This document shows positions 31,969 through 41,435 of a stretch of 64,000 nt of DNA, one piece after another; the stretch's first letter is position 1; every line of letters begins with the position of its first letter. The DNA lies in NCBI GenBank assembly GCA_964291405.2, contig OZ219926.1, forward strand, positions 1,536,001 through 1,600,000, in the 5' to 3' direction. The position numbers were made by a program, and so were the translations under genes. This DNA is from Thermodesulfobacteriota bacterium. GTDB taxonomy: Bacteria; Desulfobacterota; Binatia; Bin18. Under the pieces are notes generated by a model, which had not been told where the DNA came from, did not search any database, and worked only from the letters and a program-made list of their open reading frames with translations.

Positions 31969-33327
31969 ATGACACAACCATACGCGCTCACTATCGCCAC
32001 AGCCGCCGAACGTATTCGTACCCAGCAGCTCTCCCCCGTGACCCTGGTCCAGTCCTGTTTGGACCGCCTGGACCAACTTGATCCGCAGCTTCGTGCCTGG
32101 GTGACGGTTGACGGTGAGGGCGCCTTAGCCACTGCTCAACAGTACGAAAAGGAAATCAACAGCGGACAATACCGGGGTCCGCTGCACGGCATCCCGCTCG
32201 GCCTCAAAGACATTTTCTTTACTGCGGGGATGAAGACAACGATGGGATCGCCTATCTATGCGGACTATGTTCCAGACTATGACGCCACCACCGTGCGCCT
32301 CCTCAAGGAAGCCGGAGCCATCATTCTGGGTAAAGTCCAGACCACGGAATTCGCCGCCTTGGCTCCGTCGCCAACCCGTAATCCCTGGAATCTGGAACAC
32401 ACGCCGGGCGGCTCCAGCAGCGGATCCGCGGCTGCGGTGGCCGCGCAGATGTGCTTTGGTGCCCTGGGCTCTCAGACCTATGGCTCAACCATACGCCCGG
32501 CCGCCTACTGCGGCTGCGTCGGCCTCAAGCCGACCTTTGGTCGGATTAGCGCCTACGGCGTCTATCCCCTAGCCGGCAGTCTGGACCATGTGGGAATTTT
32601 TTCCCGTACCGTGGCAGATACGGCCCTGCTGCTTCAGGCCCTGGCCGGCGAGGACGCTAACGACCCGATGAGTGCGGCGCAACCGATCCCGGACTACACT
32701 GCCGCTCTGGCCGACCCGCAGCCGCCTCGCATCGGTCTGGTCCGGGAGTTCTTTCTTGAAAAAGCCGATGCGGAAACCCAGCAGCATATTGCAGCAGTGG
32801 TGGAGCAACTGACCCAGGCCGGGGCCCATATCACCGAGGTTGCACTCCCGGAGAGCTTCAAAGGCGAGCCCGAAGCCCACTTCAGGATGATGTTCGTTGA
32901 ATCGGCCTATTCACACAGTGAGGTCTACAACCAGTATAAAAAGCAGTACAGCCCGCAGATGAAGGACTTGATCGAGAAGGGCCTCCAAGTCTCCGGTGTG
33001 GAGTATATGGAGGCCCAACGCCACCAACACACGTTTCGGAATGAGATGGACGCACTCTGCCGGACGGTTGACGCCCTGCTGACTCCGGCAACTCCAGCCC
33101 CCGCTCCCAAAGGCTTCGCCACCACCGGTGATCCGACCTTTAACGGTCCGGCAACCTTTTCCGGCCTACCGAGCCTGGCCTTGCCCTCAGGGCTGAGTCA
33201 AACCGGCCTGCCCTTGGGTCTGCAACTCATGGGAGCGGCCTTTCGCGAAGACAAGCTGCTGGCGGTGGGTGAGTGGTGTGCGGACGTGCTGGCCTTCTCG
33301 GAGACGCCGGCTTTCTCTTCCTCGTAG
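31969..33327 (+). CDS. Amidase-signature family protein
   Basis: GPLHGIPLGLKD, PGGSSSGSAAAV, GSTIRPAAYCG. Confidence 0.93.
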   Translation: MTQPYALTIATAAERIRTQQLSPVTLVQSCLDRLDQLDPQLRAWVTVDGEGALATAQQYEKEINSGQYRGPLHGIPLGLKDIFFTAGMKTTMGSPIYADYVPDYDATTVRLLKEAGAIILGKVQTTEFAALAPSPTRNPWNLEHTPGGSSSGSAAAVAAQMCFGALGSQTYGSTIRPAAYCGCVGLKPTFGRISAYGVYPLAGSLDHVGIFSRTVADTALLLQALAGEDANDPMSAAQPIPDYTAALADPQPPRIGLVREFFLEKADAETQQHIAAVVEQLTQAGAHITEVALPESFKGEPEAHFRMMFVESAYSHSEVYNQYKKQYSPQMKDLIEKGLQVSGVEYMEAQRHQHTFRNEMDALCRTVDALLTPATPAPAPKGFATTGDPTFNGPATFSGLPSLALPSGLSQTGLPLGLQLMGAAFREDKLLAVGEWCADVLAFSETPAFSSS

Positions 33328-33351
33328 GGGCAATTCATGAATTGCCCCTAC
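33324..33351. repeat. Perfect 28-bp REP-like palindrome
   Basis: GTAGGGGCAATTCA|TGAATTGCCCCTAC with GTAG end, between convergent genes. Confidence 0.75.
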
Positions 33352-33358
33352 ACCAAGC

Positions 33359-33790
33359 TTAACTGACCAACAGCACTATCCCTCCGACAATGAAAATCGT
33401 CCCGGCCACGTCGGCCTTGGTGATGCGTTCACTATCGTGCAGTACCAGATGGCTCAGAACGAGCGTGACGAGCGGTACGGCTGAGGTGAAGGGAGCAACA
33501 ACCACGGCGGGCAGATATTCCAGCGCAAAAAACAGCGAAAAGATAGCCAGAGTTGAGGCCAGACCGGCCAGACCAAAATAGACGCCCGCCCGACGCGGTA
33601 AGGAGAATAGCTGGCCTGCCTGTCCACTCGCAAAAAAATAGGCCGCATACACCACCACGCCGGCAATAATGCCGATACACGCCCCAAACACCGGCTCATT
33701 ACTCGACTGCAAACCGAGTTTGGCGAGAATGGGATTCATCCCGTAACAAAAGGCGGCAAGAAACGGATAGAGGATATGGCTCGTCCTCAT
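33359..33790 (-). CDS. EamA/DMT family transporter (single-domain half)
   Basis: About 5 TM helices, VVAPFTSAVPL, ERIT. Confidence 0.82.
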   Translation of the reverse strand: MRTSHILYPFLAAFCYGMNPILAKLGLQSSNEPVFGACIGIIAGVVVYAAYFFASGQAGQLFSLPRRAGVYFGLAGLASTLAIFSLFFALEYLPAVVVAPFTSAVPLVTLVLSHLVLHDSERITKADVAGTIFIVGGIVLLVS

Positions 33791-34230
33791 CCTCGACCTT
33801 CCCAGCGGTTTTGTCCGGTCAGAATCACCACCCCGGCCACGACGCTCAGAATGCCGCTCAGAATCTTGAGGCTGATATCCTCCTGTAAAAAGAGCAACGC
33901 AAAGACCGTCGTAAAAAGCGGTGCGGTATTCACCAGGGGCGTGCTCTTGGCCGCCCCCAGATGAGCAACCCCCAAGTAGTTACACATCCGGCCTAAACAC
34001 GGACCAACGATGCCCGCGGCGATAAACCACAGCGCAGCCTGGGGCGTAATCACCTGCGTCACCGAACGCGGATGAAGTGCAAAGACCAGGGCCATCAACG
34101 GCAGGCTGGCACCCAACCCGCACAGCAGCCCGACCGAGACACTCGCATACGGCAGCCCCTTGCGGATGAAGATGGGCGACACCCCCCACAGGCACGCCGC
34201 GGCGAGGGCAAAAAATTCACCGTAGAACAC
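33787..34230 (-). CDS. EamA/DMT family transporter (single-domain half)
   Basis: ALAAACLWG, LGAAKSTPLVNTAPLF, LQEDI; ATGA overlap with the next gene. Confidence 0.82.
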   Translation of the reverse strand: MFYGEFFALAAACLWGVSPIFIRKGLPYASVSVGLLCGLGASLPLMALVFALHPRSVTQVITPQAALWFIAAGIVGPCLGRMCNYLGVAHLGAAKSTPLVNTAPLFTTVFALLFLQEDISLKILSGILSVVAGVVILTGQNRWEGRG

Positions 34231-34475
34231 ACCGCCTCCGAGCCTTAATCACCCTCACAAACGGAACAAAGAAATGATTGCAGAAAATTTCACCTGAGGG
34301 TCTCCCGCAGGGATAAAAACAGGAAATGGAGCTGAGGACAACTCGGCCCAGTCCCTCTCTATATCGTTCAGACTGAGGAGGGGTGTTGCGTTGTAGTTCA
34401 GTTGACACCACGGACCAGACAGGCGTACACGCAAAGAACGAAGGTATAGACGAAGGAAGTACGGAGGAGAGACTC

Positions 34476-35006
34476 ATGTCAACAATCAGACGTGTTGTTA
34501 CAGGTCACCGAGCGGACGGCAAATCCATTATTGCGAGCGATGGAGAAGTGGCAGGCATTCAGGTACCCGGCTTGCCCGGCGCGACGTTGGCCACCCTGTG
34601 GGGCGCGGACGAAACACTCACGTATCCTGACGACGGGGGCGAACCGCGTCATCACGACTGGTTTCCGCCAGTCGGTGGTTTCCGCTTTGTCTCATTTGTT
34701 TTAGCTCCGGACAGCACCCCGCCCGTGGACACCGACCCGGAAGCGGCCACTGCCGAAGTCGAGCGCCTGTTTCCGGGGCTGCTGGCAACCATGGAACCGG
34801 ACGATCCGGGTATGCATCGCTCGGAGACCGTCGATACGCTGTATATCGTGTCTGGGCGCTGCGTCCTCGAACTCGACGACGGCTCAAAAACCGAGCTTGG
34901 CGCGGGAGATGTGATCGTTCAGAGCGGGACCATGCACCGTTGGCACAACCCCTGGGATGAGCCTTGCCACGTCATCGCCTTTCTGGCTGGCGCGCATATG
35001 AAGTAG
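34476..35006 (+). CDS. Cupin domain protein
   Basis: RRVVTGH, GMHRSETVD, GDVIVQSGTMHRWHN. Confidence 0.9.
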   Translation: MSTIRRVVTGHRADGKSIIASDGEVAGIQVPGLPGATLATLWGADETLTYPDDGGEPRHHDWFPPVGGFRFVSFVLAPDSTPPVDTDPEAATAEVERLFPGLLATMEPDDPGMHRSETVDTLYIVSGRCVLELDDGSKTELGAGDVIVQSGTMHRWHNPWDEPCHVIAFLAGAHMK

Positions 35007-35169
35007 AAGGAGCATATCGATTCTTCCATGGCTGGCATGGCCTTTCCCGTCCGCTATCGGCTGGTCGGTTTGCTGACCACCGGGAGCATGATCAACCATC
35101 TTGATCGGGGTTTCGGATTGTAGCGTCGGACCCTGGCAGCCATACCGCAGGCGTGACATGATGCCGGGC

Positions 35170-36354
35170 ATGAATAAAAAAGCGCTCGCCTTGTTGGGAC
35201 TGGGCCATTTGATGGTTGACCTGAATACCGGCGCCCTGCCCGCCCTGCTGCCCTTTCTCAAAACAAGCTTTGGGTTGTCCTATACGATGATAGGAGCCCT
35301 CGTCTTGGTCGCGAATATGACGTCTTCCATTATTCAACCGCTCTTCGGCTATCTGTCTGACCGAAGTGCCCAAGCCTGGCTGCTGCCGTTTGGAGTCGTG
35401 GCTGCGACTTGCGGGATGGCCAGCGTCGGGCTGGTGACAAGCTACCCCGCCCTGCTCGCAGTTGTTTTCATCAGTGGGATCGGCATTGCCAGCTATCACC
35501 CCGAAGCCTATAAAACCGCCTACCTGTCTACCGGTGAGAAAAAAGCAACCGGGATCTCGCTCTTTTCCGTGGGCGGCAACCTCGGCTTGGGGCTGGGCCC
35601 GCTGGCCGTTGCCTTTTGTCTGGCCGCTTTCGGCCAAAGTGGTCTCTTACTGTTCTGGATACCGGGGATTCTGGTTGGCGCGCTCTTTATGCGATCCCTT
35701 CCCTGGCTGTCGCAAACCCGGCCGGCGCTCACCAACGCGGCTACGGCCGCAGTGGCCATTCCGCGTTCTGCTCTGGCCCTGGTGTTGAGTATTGTGACCC
35801 TCGGGGCCTGCGTCCACGCGGGTATGTCAACCTATGTTCCGCTCTATCTGGCCGACCAGGGCGGGGACACGCTCAAGGTCAGCTCGGTACTGTCCTTATT
35901 CCTGATCGCCGGGGCGGTCGGCACGCTGCTGGGTGGGCCGCTGGCCGACCATATCGGCCACAAACGCTTCCTGGTCTATTGCACCGGACTGTTATGCCCG
36001 TTGATCTTCCTCTTTCTGCAGACACACGGAACGACCAGTATCGTGATCTTGGGGTTGGCCGGGATGTGTCTGGCTCCAATGTTCTCTGTCACCCTAGTCA
36101 TTGCTCAGGGTCTCATGCGCGGCCGGCTGGGTATCACCGCCGGCCTCATGACCGGCCTTGGCATTGGGGTGGGCGGTCTGGGTGTCGCCGTCCTCGGAGC
36201 TGCGGCCGATATGTGGGGGCTTGCAACCACCATGCAGCTCATCGCGCTCTTGCCTCTCCTGCCCTGGATATTGGTCTGGTTCCTCCCCAGTGATGCCCCC
36301 CAAGCAGTGGAGCCCAGTCCTTCGCTCCAGCCGGCGACGGGCAAGAGTGCCTAG
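35170..36354 (+). CDS. MFS transporter, Fsr (fosmidomycin resistance)-like
   Basis: GHLMVD, IIQPLFGYLSDR, YHPEA, SLFSVGGNLG; start uncertain (35158-35170). Confidence 0.88.
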   Translation: MNKKALALLGLGHLMVDLNTGALPALLPFLKTSFGLSYTMIGALVLVANMTSSIIQPLFGYLSDRSAQAWLLPFGVVAATCGMASVGLVTSYPALLAVVFISGIGIASYHPEAYKTAYLSTGEKKATGISLFSVGGNLGLGLGPLAVAFCLAAFGQSGLLLFWIPGILVGALFMRSLPWLSQTRPALTNAATAAVAIPRSALALVLSIVTLGACVHAGMSTYVPLYLADQGGDTLKVSSVLSLFLIAGAVGTLLGGPLADHIGHKRFLVYCTGLLCPLIFLFLQTHGTTSIVILGLAGMCLAPMFSVTLVIAQGLMRGRLGITAGLMTGLGIGVGGLGVAVLGAAADMWGLATTMQLIALLPLLPWILVWFLPSDAPQAVEPSPSLQPATGKSA

Positions 36355-36451
36355 CGTCCACCGGAAGCCGAGGGAATATTCAGGTTGTCTTCACCGGAGT
36401 GATCTGCTAGTTTTCCGCTACTATTACTGGGATTTTTTTGTCTGAGCCGAT

Positions 36452-36546
36452 GCGTGCAGACAGCAAATTGATTGTGTCATATCTACTTGGGGGCCGGGAT
36501 GGGGGCTATGCCTATGAGTTCATGCAGGATGTGGCCCAGCGCTTGC
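36452..36546 (+). pseudogene. IS1-family transposase internal fragment
   Basis: [30 protein letters not shown] resembles the internal segment (DADTKLIVSYxVGxRDxxxAxxFMxDLAxRL) of single-ORF IS1-family transposases. Confidence 0.65.
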
Positions 36547-36617
36547 GAAGAACGCAACCCCGGAGGCCGTGTACGCGTCACCCGGGGTTTCTTTTTAGTG
36601 TGTACAGAGGAGGTTTT

Positions 36618-36905
36618 ATGGCTGGACCACGTCGAAGAGGCGGCGGTGGTGGCAAGCGGAAGCGGAAGGAGCGGAATACCGAACCCGCAGTTGAAAAAGA
36701 TGTGATTGAAATGAACGGGACCGTCACCGAGGTGTTGCCCAACGCTTTCTTCCGCGTTGAGCTTGAGAACGGCCACTCCATTCTCGCCCATGTTGCGGGC
36801 AAGATGCGCAAGTTTTTTATTAAAATCATTCAGGGTGACAGCGTCACGGTTCAGCTCTCCCCGTACGACCTCGAACGTGGCCGGATCACCTTCCGCCATC
36901 GCTAG
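36618..36905 (+). CDS. infA: Translation initiation factor IF-1 with basic N-terminal extension
   Basis: [27 protein letters not shown]...GKMRK...[21 protein letters not shown]; SD GGAGG. Confidence 0.93.
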   Translation: MAGPRRRGGGGGKRKRKERNTEPAVEKDVIEMNGTVTEVLPNAFFRVELENGHSILAHVAGKMRKFFIKIIQGDSVTVQLSPYDLERGRITFRHR

Positions 36906-36914
36906 CGCGCCGCT

Positions 36915-38264
36915 CTAGCCGAAGTGTCGCAGCAGATGGCACAGGACGCGAAAGCCGTCCTGCATATGGGACAGTTCGGCAAATTCGTTCGGCGCGTGGT
37001 AGGCTTCATTTCTGCCGAAACCGGTAATTTGCACGTCAAAGTCGTGTTCCTGCAAAAAGCGGACATAGGGCAGACTGCCCGTCAGGGCGAAGGGCCGAGC
37101 GTCGGGCCGCACTGCCGCAACCGCTTGGGCGAGGGCCGCATAGCCGGCTGAGGTCCGGTCACACGCCATTCCGCCGGACGGCGTTCCCAACATCTCAAAC
37201 CGTGCCGTCCCGACCTGCCCGTTACAGGCATAGCGGCCCGGGCCAAAGACCGGCAGTTGGCTGACGTCCAGCGTTTCAAGAAAGGCCGCCAGCCCTTTCT
37301 TCACCTCGTCAGGGTCATACCACGGCGTCAGGCGAATATCGCCTTCAATACGGGCCGTGGACGGAATTTTCGTCAGCGTATCGTTCTCAACCTGCACCCG
37401 CGTCGGTTTGAGCGACGAGGGCGATCGAAAACCGTACTCGTGTTCTTTTGGGTGAGCGGGATAGTGGGCGTAAAACCACTGCTGGAGGGCGCGGGTCACT
37501 TCCGAGGCCAGTTCCGCGGCATTGATCCCGTTCTGTGGAAACCCGGAGTGGCTGCCCTTGCCTTCAATAACCAGTCGCCAGAGGGCCATCCCGGCAGTCG
37601 CCGTTGTTGGCCCGAAGTCAGCACTATCGATCCAGTACAGCGGTCCGTTCTTGAGGTGATCGAGCCGTCCGTCTTTGACCAGCCGGCCAATCCCGACGCC
37701 GTGCGTGTTGGAAAGTTCCTCGTCGGCAATAATGACTCCGACAATACTATGGTCGAGCTCCATTTCAGATTCGGCGAGCTGGGCAAAGAGGTCGGTCAGA
37801 ACGGCGACATGGCCAAGGCAGTCGGTGACGCCCCGTCCGTACAACCGGTCTCCCTCGACCTGCAACGCAAAGGGCGGGCGCTGCCAGTCTTTTGGGTCGG
37901 CCGGTACCACATCAAGATGAGCACCCACAAAAGCAATGGTTTGATGGGGGTGTCCAACAGAGCGGCCCGGATAGCTCAGGATGAGATTCCCGCGGCCTTT
38001 GGCATAACTCACCCGTTCCACCTGCAAACGACCGCAGGCGGTATGGGCCGCCAATTCGTCGAGCACGATGTCTCCGGCGAGGTCCTCCTGTGGGGGCGGC
38101 TGCTCCTGAGACGGGGAATTCTGCAAGCGCTCACCAACAGCAACCAGAGCCCGCAGGACCCGCAGAAAACGGTCCGTATTCAGTCGCCACTGACTGAGGT
38201 CTCTGGACTGACCACCTGTAGGAACGGAGCGCTGCCGGCGCAAGCGCTTCCAGGGCCACGCCAT
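36915..38264 (-). CDS. M20 family metallopeptidase, acetylornithine deacetylase-like (plant/amoebozoan-type motifs)
   Basis: GAHLDVV, LYGRGVTDCLGH, ADEE, GPLYWIDSAD, YHAPNE; start uncertain. Confidence 0.85.
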   Translation of the reverse strand: MAWPWKRLRRQRSVPTGGQSRDLSQWRLNTDRFLRVLRALVAVGERLQNSPSQEQPPPQEDLAGDIVLDELAAHTACGRLQVERVSYAKGRGNLILSYPGRSVGHPHQTIAFVGAHLDVVPADPKDWQRPPFALQVEGDRLYGRGVTDCLGHVAVLTDLFAQLAESEMELDHSIVGVIIADEELSNTHGVGIGRLVKDGRLDHLKNGPLYWIDSADFGPTTATAGMALWRLVIEGKGSHSGFPQNGINAAELASEVTRALQQWFYAHYPAHPKEHEYGFRSPSSLKPTRVQVENDTLTKIPSTARIEGDIRLTPWYDPDEVKKGLAAFLETLDVSQLPVFGPGRYACNGQVGTARFEMLGTPSGGMACDRTSAGYAALAQAVAAVRPDARPFALTGSLPYVRFLQEHDFDVQITGFGRNEAYHAPNEFAELSHMQDGFRVLCHLLRHFG

Positions 38265-38280
38265 ACCGGGATGTTGCTCC

Positions 38281-38658
38281 TTACACGCCCTCTGCTTCAA
38301 AGACTTCCTTGGCGACCTGGAACGCGTTAACCGCAGTGGGCGCACCGGCATAAAAGGCCATCTGGATTAGAATCTCGATGATTTCCTCCTTGGTCAGACC
38401 GGCATTCAGCCCGTTCGCGATATGGCTCTTGAGTTGGGGCAACCGCTGCATGGCGGTCAGGGCCGCAATTACGGCCACACTGCGCATTTTGAGTTCAAGC
38501 CCCGGTCTGGTCCAGACTCGTCCGAAGACGACTTCGTTCAACATCTCATCAAGGTCCGGGGCGAGTTCGGCCAGCGCGCTGGCCGAGGTCCCGAAGCGGT
38601 CTCCGCTCAACTTTTTTCGGATTTCGATTCCCTTTTCCAGGTCGCTCTGATTCGCCAT
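38281..38658 (-). CDS. Carboxymuconolactone decarboxylase family protein
   Basis: FGRVWTRPGLELKMRS, QLKSHI, EILIQMAFYAGAP. Confidence 0.9.
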   Translation of the reverse strand: MANQSDLEKGIEIRKKLSGDRFGTSASALAELAPDLDEMLNEVVFGRVWTRPGLELKMRSVAVIAALTAMQRLPQLKSHIANGLNAGLTKEEIIEILIQMAFYAGAPTAVNAFQVAKEVFEAEGV

Positions 38659-38859
38659 ACTGTCCCTCCTGAGCTGTAAAATATGTGGCCTGGGGACTAT
38701 ACCGCAGGGCAAGCGGCGGCAACAAGGGCGGCTCCGAACAGCGCATCTTCTCAGTTCCTCCTCCCTGCGCTGACCGTGTCCTTGTTCTTGACAGACCCAC
38801 TCCGGGCATGTTCAACACAAACGATAGACTCTGCACCTGTGGAGTAGAGGAGGGAATAC

Positions 38860-39945
38860 GTGAGATTTGGTCTTTTCTACCAGCTGCCGTGCGCAGATAC
38901 CCAGACCCAGACAACGCGTTATCAAGAAACCATTGAACAGATCATTCATGCTGAGCAACTCGGGTTCGATTGTGCCTGGCTGGCGGAACTGCACTTTTAT
39001 AAGCACTTCTCGATTATGTCGTCGCCGCTGATTGTTGCCACGGCTATTGCCCAGCGGACGCAGCGCATCCGCCTGGGCATTGCCGTCAACCTCCTGCCGC
39101 TCTGGCACCCGGTCCGCAACGCTGAAGAGGGCGCAACGGTCGATCTGTTGAGTAACGGCCGTTTGGAGTTTGGCGTTGGACGCGGGACGATTCCGCTCCA
39201 TTTTGCGGGCTTTGATCGCTCGCGGGAGGAGAGCCGCGAACGCTTTGAAGAAAGCCTGGAGATCATCAAACAAGCCTGGACGAATGAGTCGTTTTCCTAC
39301 GACGGCAGTTATTACACAATCCCGGAAACCAGCGTCGTGCCCAAACCGTTGCAACAGCCTCATCCGCCCATCAGGATTGCCGCCAACAGCCCGGAGACGG
39401 CGGTATTTGCGGGAAAGGTCGGCCATCCGATATTTGTGGCATCGGTGACTAATCCCCTGCCCAAGATGTTTGAGCAAGTCGCGACCTATCGCCAATCCTG
39501 GGACGACCACGCCCCTCATAATGGACAGGCCACTCATCCCATGTACGCGCCGCAGGATGTCTCCACCATGTTTTTCATGCACCCGGGCGCAAGCCTGGAT
39601 CAGGTACGCCAGACAGTAGAACCGAGCATTCAACATTACTTCGGGAGCGTCCTGGGCATGATGACGAGCGGCACCGCAAAACAAGAGGACATGGAGTCGT
39701 ATCGTTATACCGCAGAGATCCGTAAAAATCTGGAGAGCATTACTTTCGAGAAAGTCGTTGACAGCATGGCTATTTTCGGCCCCTCCCAGGCATGTGTAGA
39801 CCGGATTCGTCAGCTCCATAAAGAGCTCAATATGAACGAGTTGATCTGTTGGTTTAATCCGGGCGGCATGGTGCCGCATGAGCAGGTCAAGGCAGCCATG
39901 ACCCGTTTTGCCCAGACCGTCATCCCCGAGGTCAAAGATCTCTAG
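38860..39945 (+). CDS. LLM-class flavin-dependent oxidoreductase (luciferase-like)
   Basis: GFDCAWLAELHF, SNGRLEFGVGRG, PKPLQQPHPP. Confidence 0.92.
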   Translation: MRFGLFYQLPCADTQTQTTRYQETIEQIIHAEQLGFDCAWLAELHFYKHFSIMSSPLIVATAIAQRTQRIRLGIAVNLLPLWHPVRNAEEGATVDLLSNGRLEFGVGRGTIPLHFAGFDRSREESRERFEESLEIIKQAWTNESFSYDGSYYTIPETSVVPKPLQQPHPPIRIAANSPETAVFAGKVGHPIFVASVTNPLPKMFEQVATYRQSWDDHAPHNGQATHPMYAPQDVSTMFFMHPGASLDQVRQTVEPSIQHYFGSVLGMMTSGTAKQEDMESYRYTAEIRKNLESITFEKVVDSMAIFGPSQACVDRIRQLHKELNMNELICWFNPGGMVPHEQVKAAMTRFAQTVIPEVKDL

Positions 39946-40044
39946 GACAAAAATCCGTTTGGTCTCAGGCCAGAAATACGCTAGATAAGAGCAGTACTGC
40001 TTAAATGCCAGACTTGAGAACATTCTATACACAGGAGGGTCGCT

Positions 40045-41319
40045 ATGGGACGTATATTTTTTCGTGGTGTGAATCTGATTGACGGTGAGCATAAGCCGCA
40101 ACCCAACTCCACCGTTGTGGTACAGGGACAGCGCATCAAGGCGGTCGGGAAAAATGGTGATATGCCCAAACCCAACGCCAGGGATGTCGTGTATGATCTG
40201 AGTGGGAAATCCCTCATGCCGGGCATGGTGCAGTGCCACTACCATGTCGCCTACGCCAATGTCGGCGACATGAACGATATCGACATGAAGTATCCGCCGA
40301 CCTATCTGACGCTCATCGCGGCCAAGAATGCCGAGCTGCTGCTGAGTTGCGGCTACACGGGTGCGGCCGGCGCGGGCACGATGCATAACATCGATGTTAC
40401 GCTGAAAAAGGCCATCAACACGGGCATGATTCCGGGCCCGCGATTTCTGGCCTGCGGCCGGGACGTGGTGACTACCGGCGATTCGGTGGACTGTCATCCC
40501 AACTTCTGGAAGATGGGCATGGAAGGCTTGGCCCGCATTTGCGACGGACCGGACGATTTCCGCAAAGCCGTGCGTGAAGAAATCAAGCTGGGCGTGGACA
40601 TCATTAAACTCTACCCGACCGGCGGACATGGCCTGATGTGGGACGAGGACACGATGACCATGAGCCAGGACGAAATCGATGCGGCGACCATAGCCGCCCA
40701 TGAACGGGGCCGAAAAATTCGGGGCCACATCATTTCCAAGAAGGGTATCCTGGCCGCCCTCCAAGCCGGCATGGACGTGATCGACCACGGTGACCGGATG
40801 GACGACGAGTGCATAGAGGGCATGCTCGAACAGGGCACCTTTGTGGTGCCGAGCCTGTACTTCCCATGGAAGGTCGTCGAAGAGAAACGTCGCACAGGTT
40901 CGAGCGAGTGGGGCGGCGTCGACAGCATGGAACGCAATCTGGAGCACTCGTATAAAGTTCTGCCTAAGGCCAATAAGGCTGGGGTGAAACTGGTTATTGG
41001 TGACGATTTCGGTATCGCTGCCATGCCCCACGGCGAATATACGCACGAGCTTGAAGCCTATGTCAAAGGCGCCGGCATCCCAGCCAACGAAGTCCTGCGC
41101 TGGGCCACCAAGAACGGCGCGGAGTTGCTCGGCATGGGCGATGAGCTGGGGACCATCGAGCCGGGTAAAATCGCCGATCTCCTCATCGTCAAGGGCAATC
41201 CGGCCAGAGACATCACCATCCTGCAGGATAGAAAGAACCTGCACGCCATCATGAAGGATGGGGAGTTTTACCGGAACGAGCTGACCCCGAGCAGAGCCAG
41301 ACTCCAGAGAGCTGCGTAG
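40045..41319 (+). CDS. Metal-dependent amidohydrolase (Xaa-Pro dipeptidase-like)
   Basis: MPGMVQCHYH, IKLYPTGG, RGH, IDHG, GTIEPGKIADL. Confidence 0.9.
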   Translation: MGRIFFRGVNLIDGEHKPQPNSTVVVQGQRIKAVGKNGDMPKPNARDVVYDLSGKSLMPGMVQCHYHVAYANVGDMNDIDMKYPPTYLTLIAAKNAELLLSCGYTGAAGAGTMHNIDVTLKKAINTGMIPGPRFLACGRDVVTTGDSVDCHPNFWKMGMEGLARICDGPDDFRKAVREEIKLGVDIIKLYPTGGHGLMWDEDTMTMSQDEIDAATIAAHERGRKIRGHIISKKGILAALQAGMDVIDHGDRMDDECIEGMLEQGTFVVPSLYFPWKVVEEKRRTGSSEWGGVDSMERNLEHSYKVLPKANKAGVKLVIGDDFGIAAMPHGEYTHELEAYVKGAGIPANEVLRWATKNGAELLGMGDELGTIEPGKIADLLIVKGNPARDITILQDRKNLHAIMKDGEFYRNELTPSRARLQRAA

Positions 41320-41343
41320 TCACACGCAACCCGTACAATGATG

Positions 41344-41372
41344 AAGGGGCACGGCCGACCGTGCCCCTTTTT
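41344..41372 (+). terminator. Rho-independent terminator / REP-like hairpin
   Basis: AAGGGGCACGG-CCGA-CCGTGCCCCTT followed by a T-run. Confidence 0.72.
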
Positions 41373-41435
41373 GTTTGCGCCCAGGCTTTTCAAGTCGTCC
41401 GTCTTTCGCTACGAGAGGAGGAGGGAAGGAAATGG

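Noticed and set aside
34231-34475. 245-bp divergent intergenic region examined for a riboswitch or sRNA
   Set aside because: No recognisable conserved RNA motif by eye; an Rfam/Infernal scan would be needed.
36438-36905. 155-aa ORF as a real transposase-IF1 fusion protein
   Set aside because: Weak TTG start without SD, while a strong SD precedes ATG 36618; treated as an IS relic plus infA.
38812-41244. 810-aa minus-strand ORF, the longest in the track
   Set aside because: Shadow of two clear plus-strand genes (LLM and amidohydrolase); no recognisable motifs.
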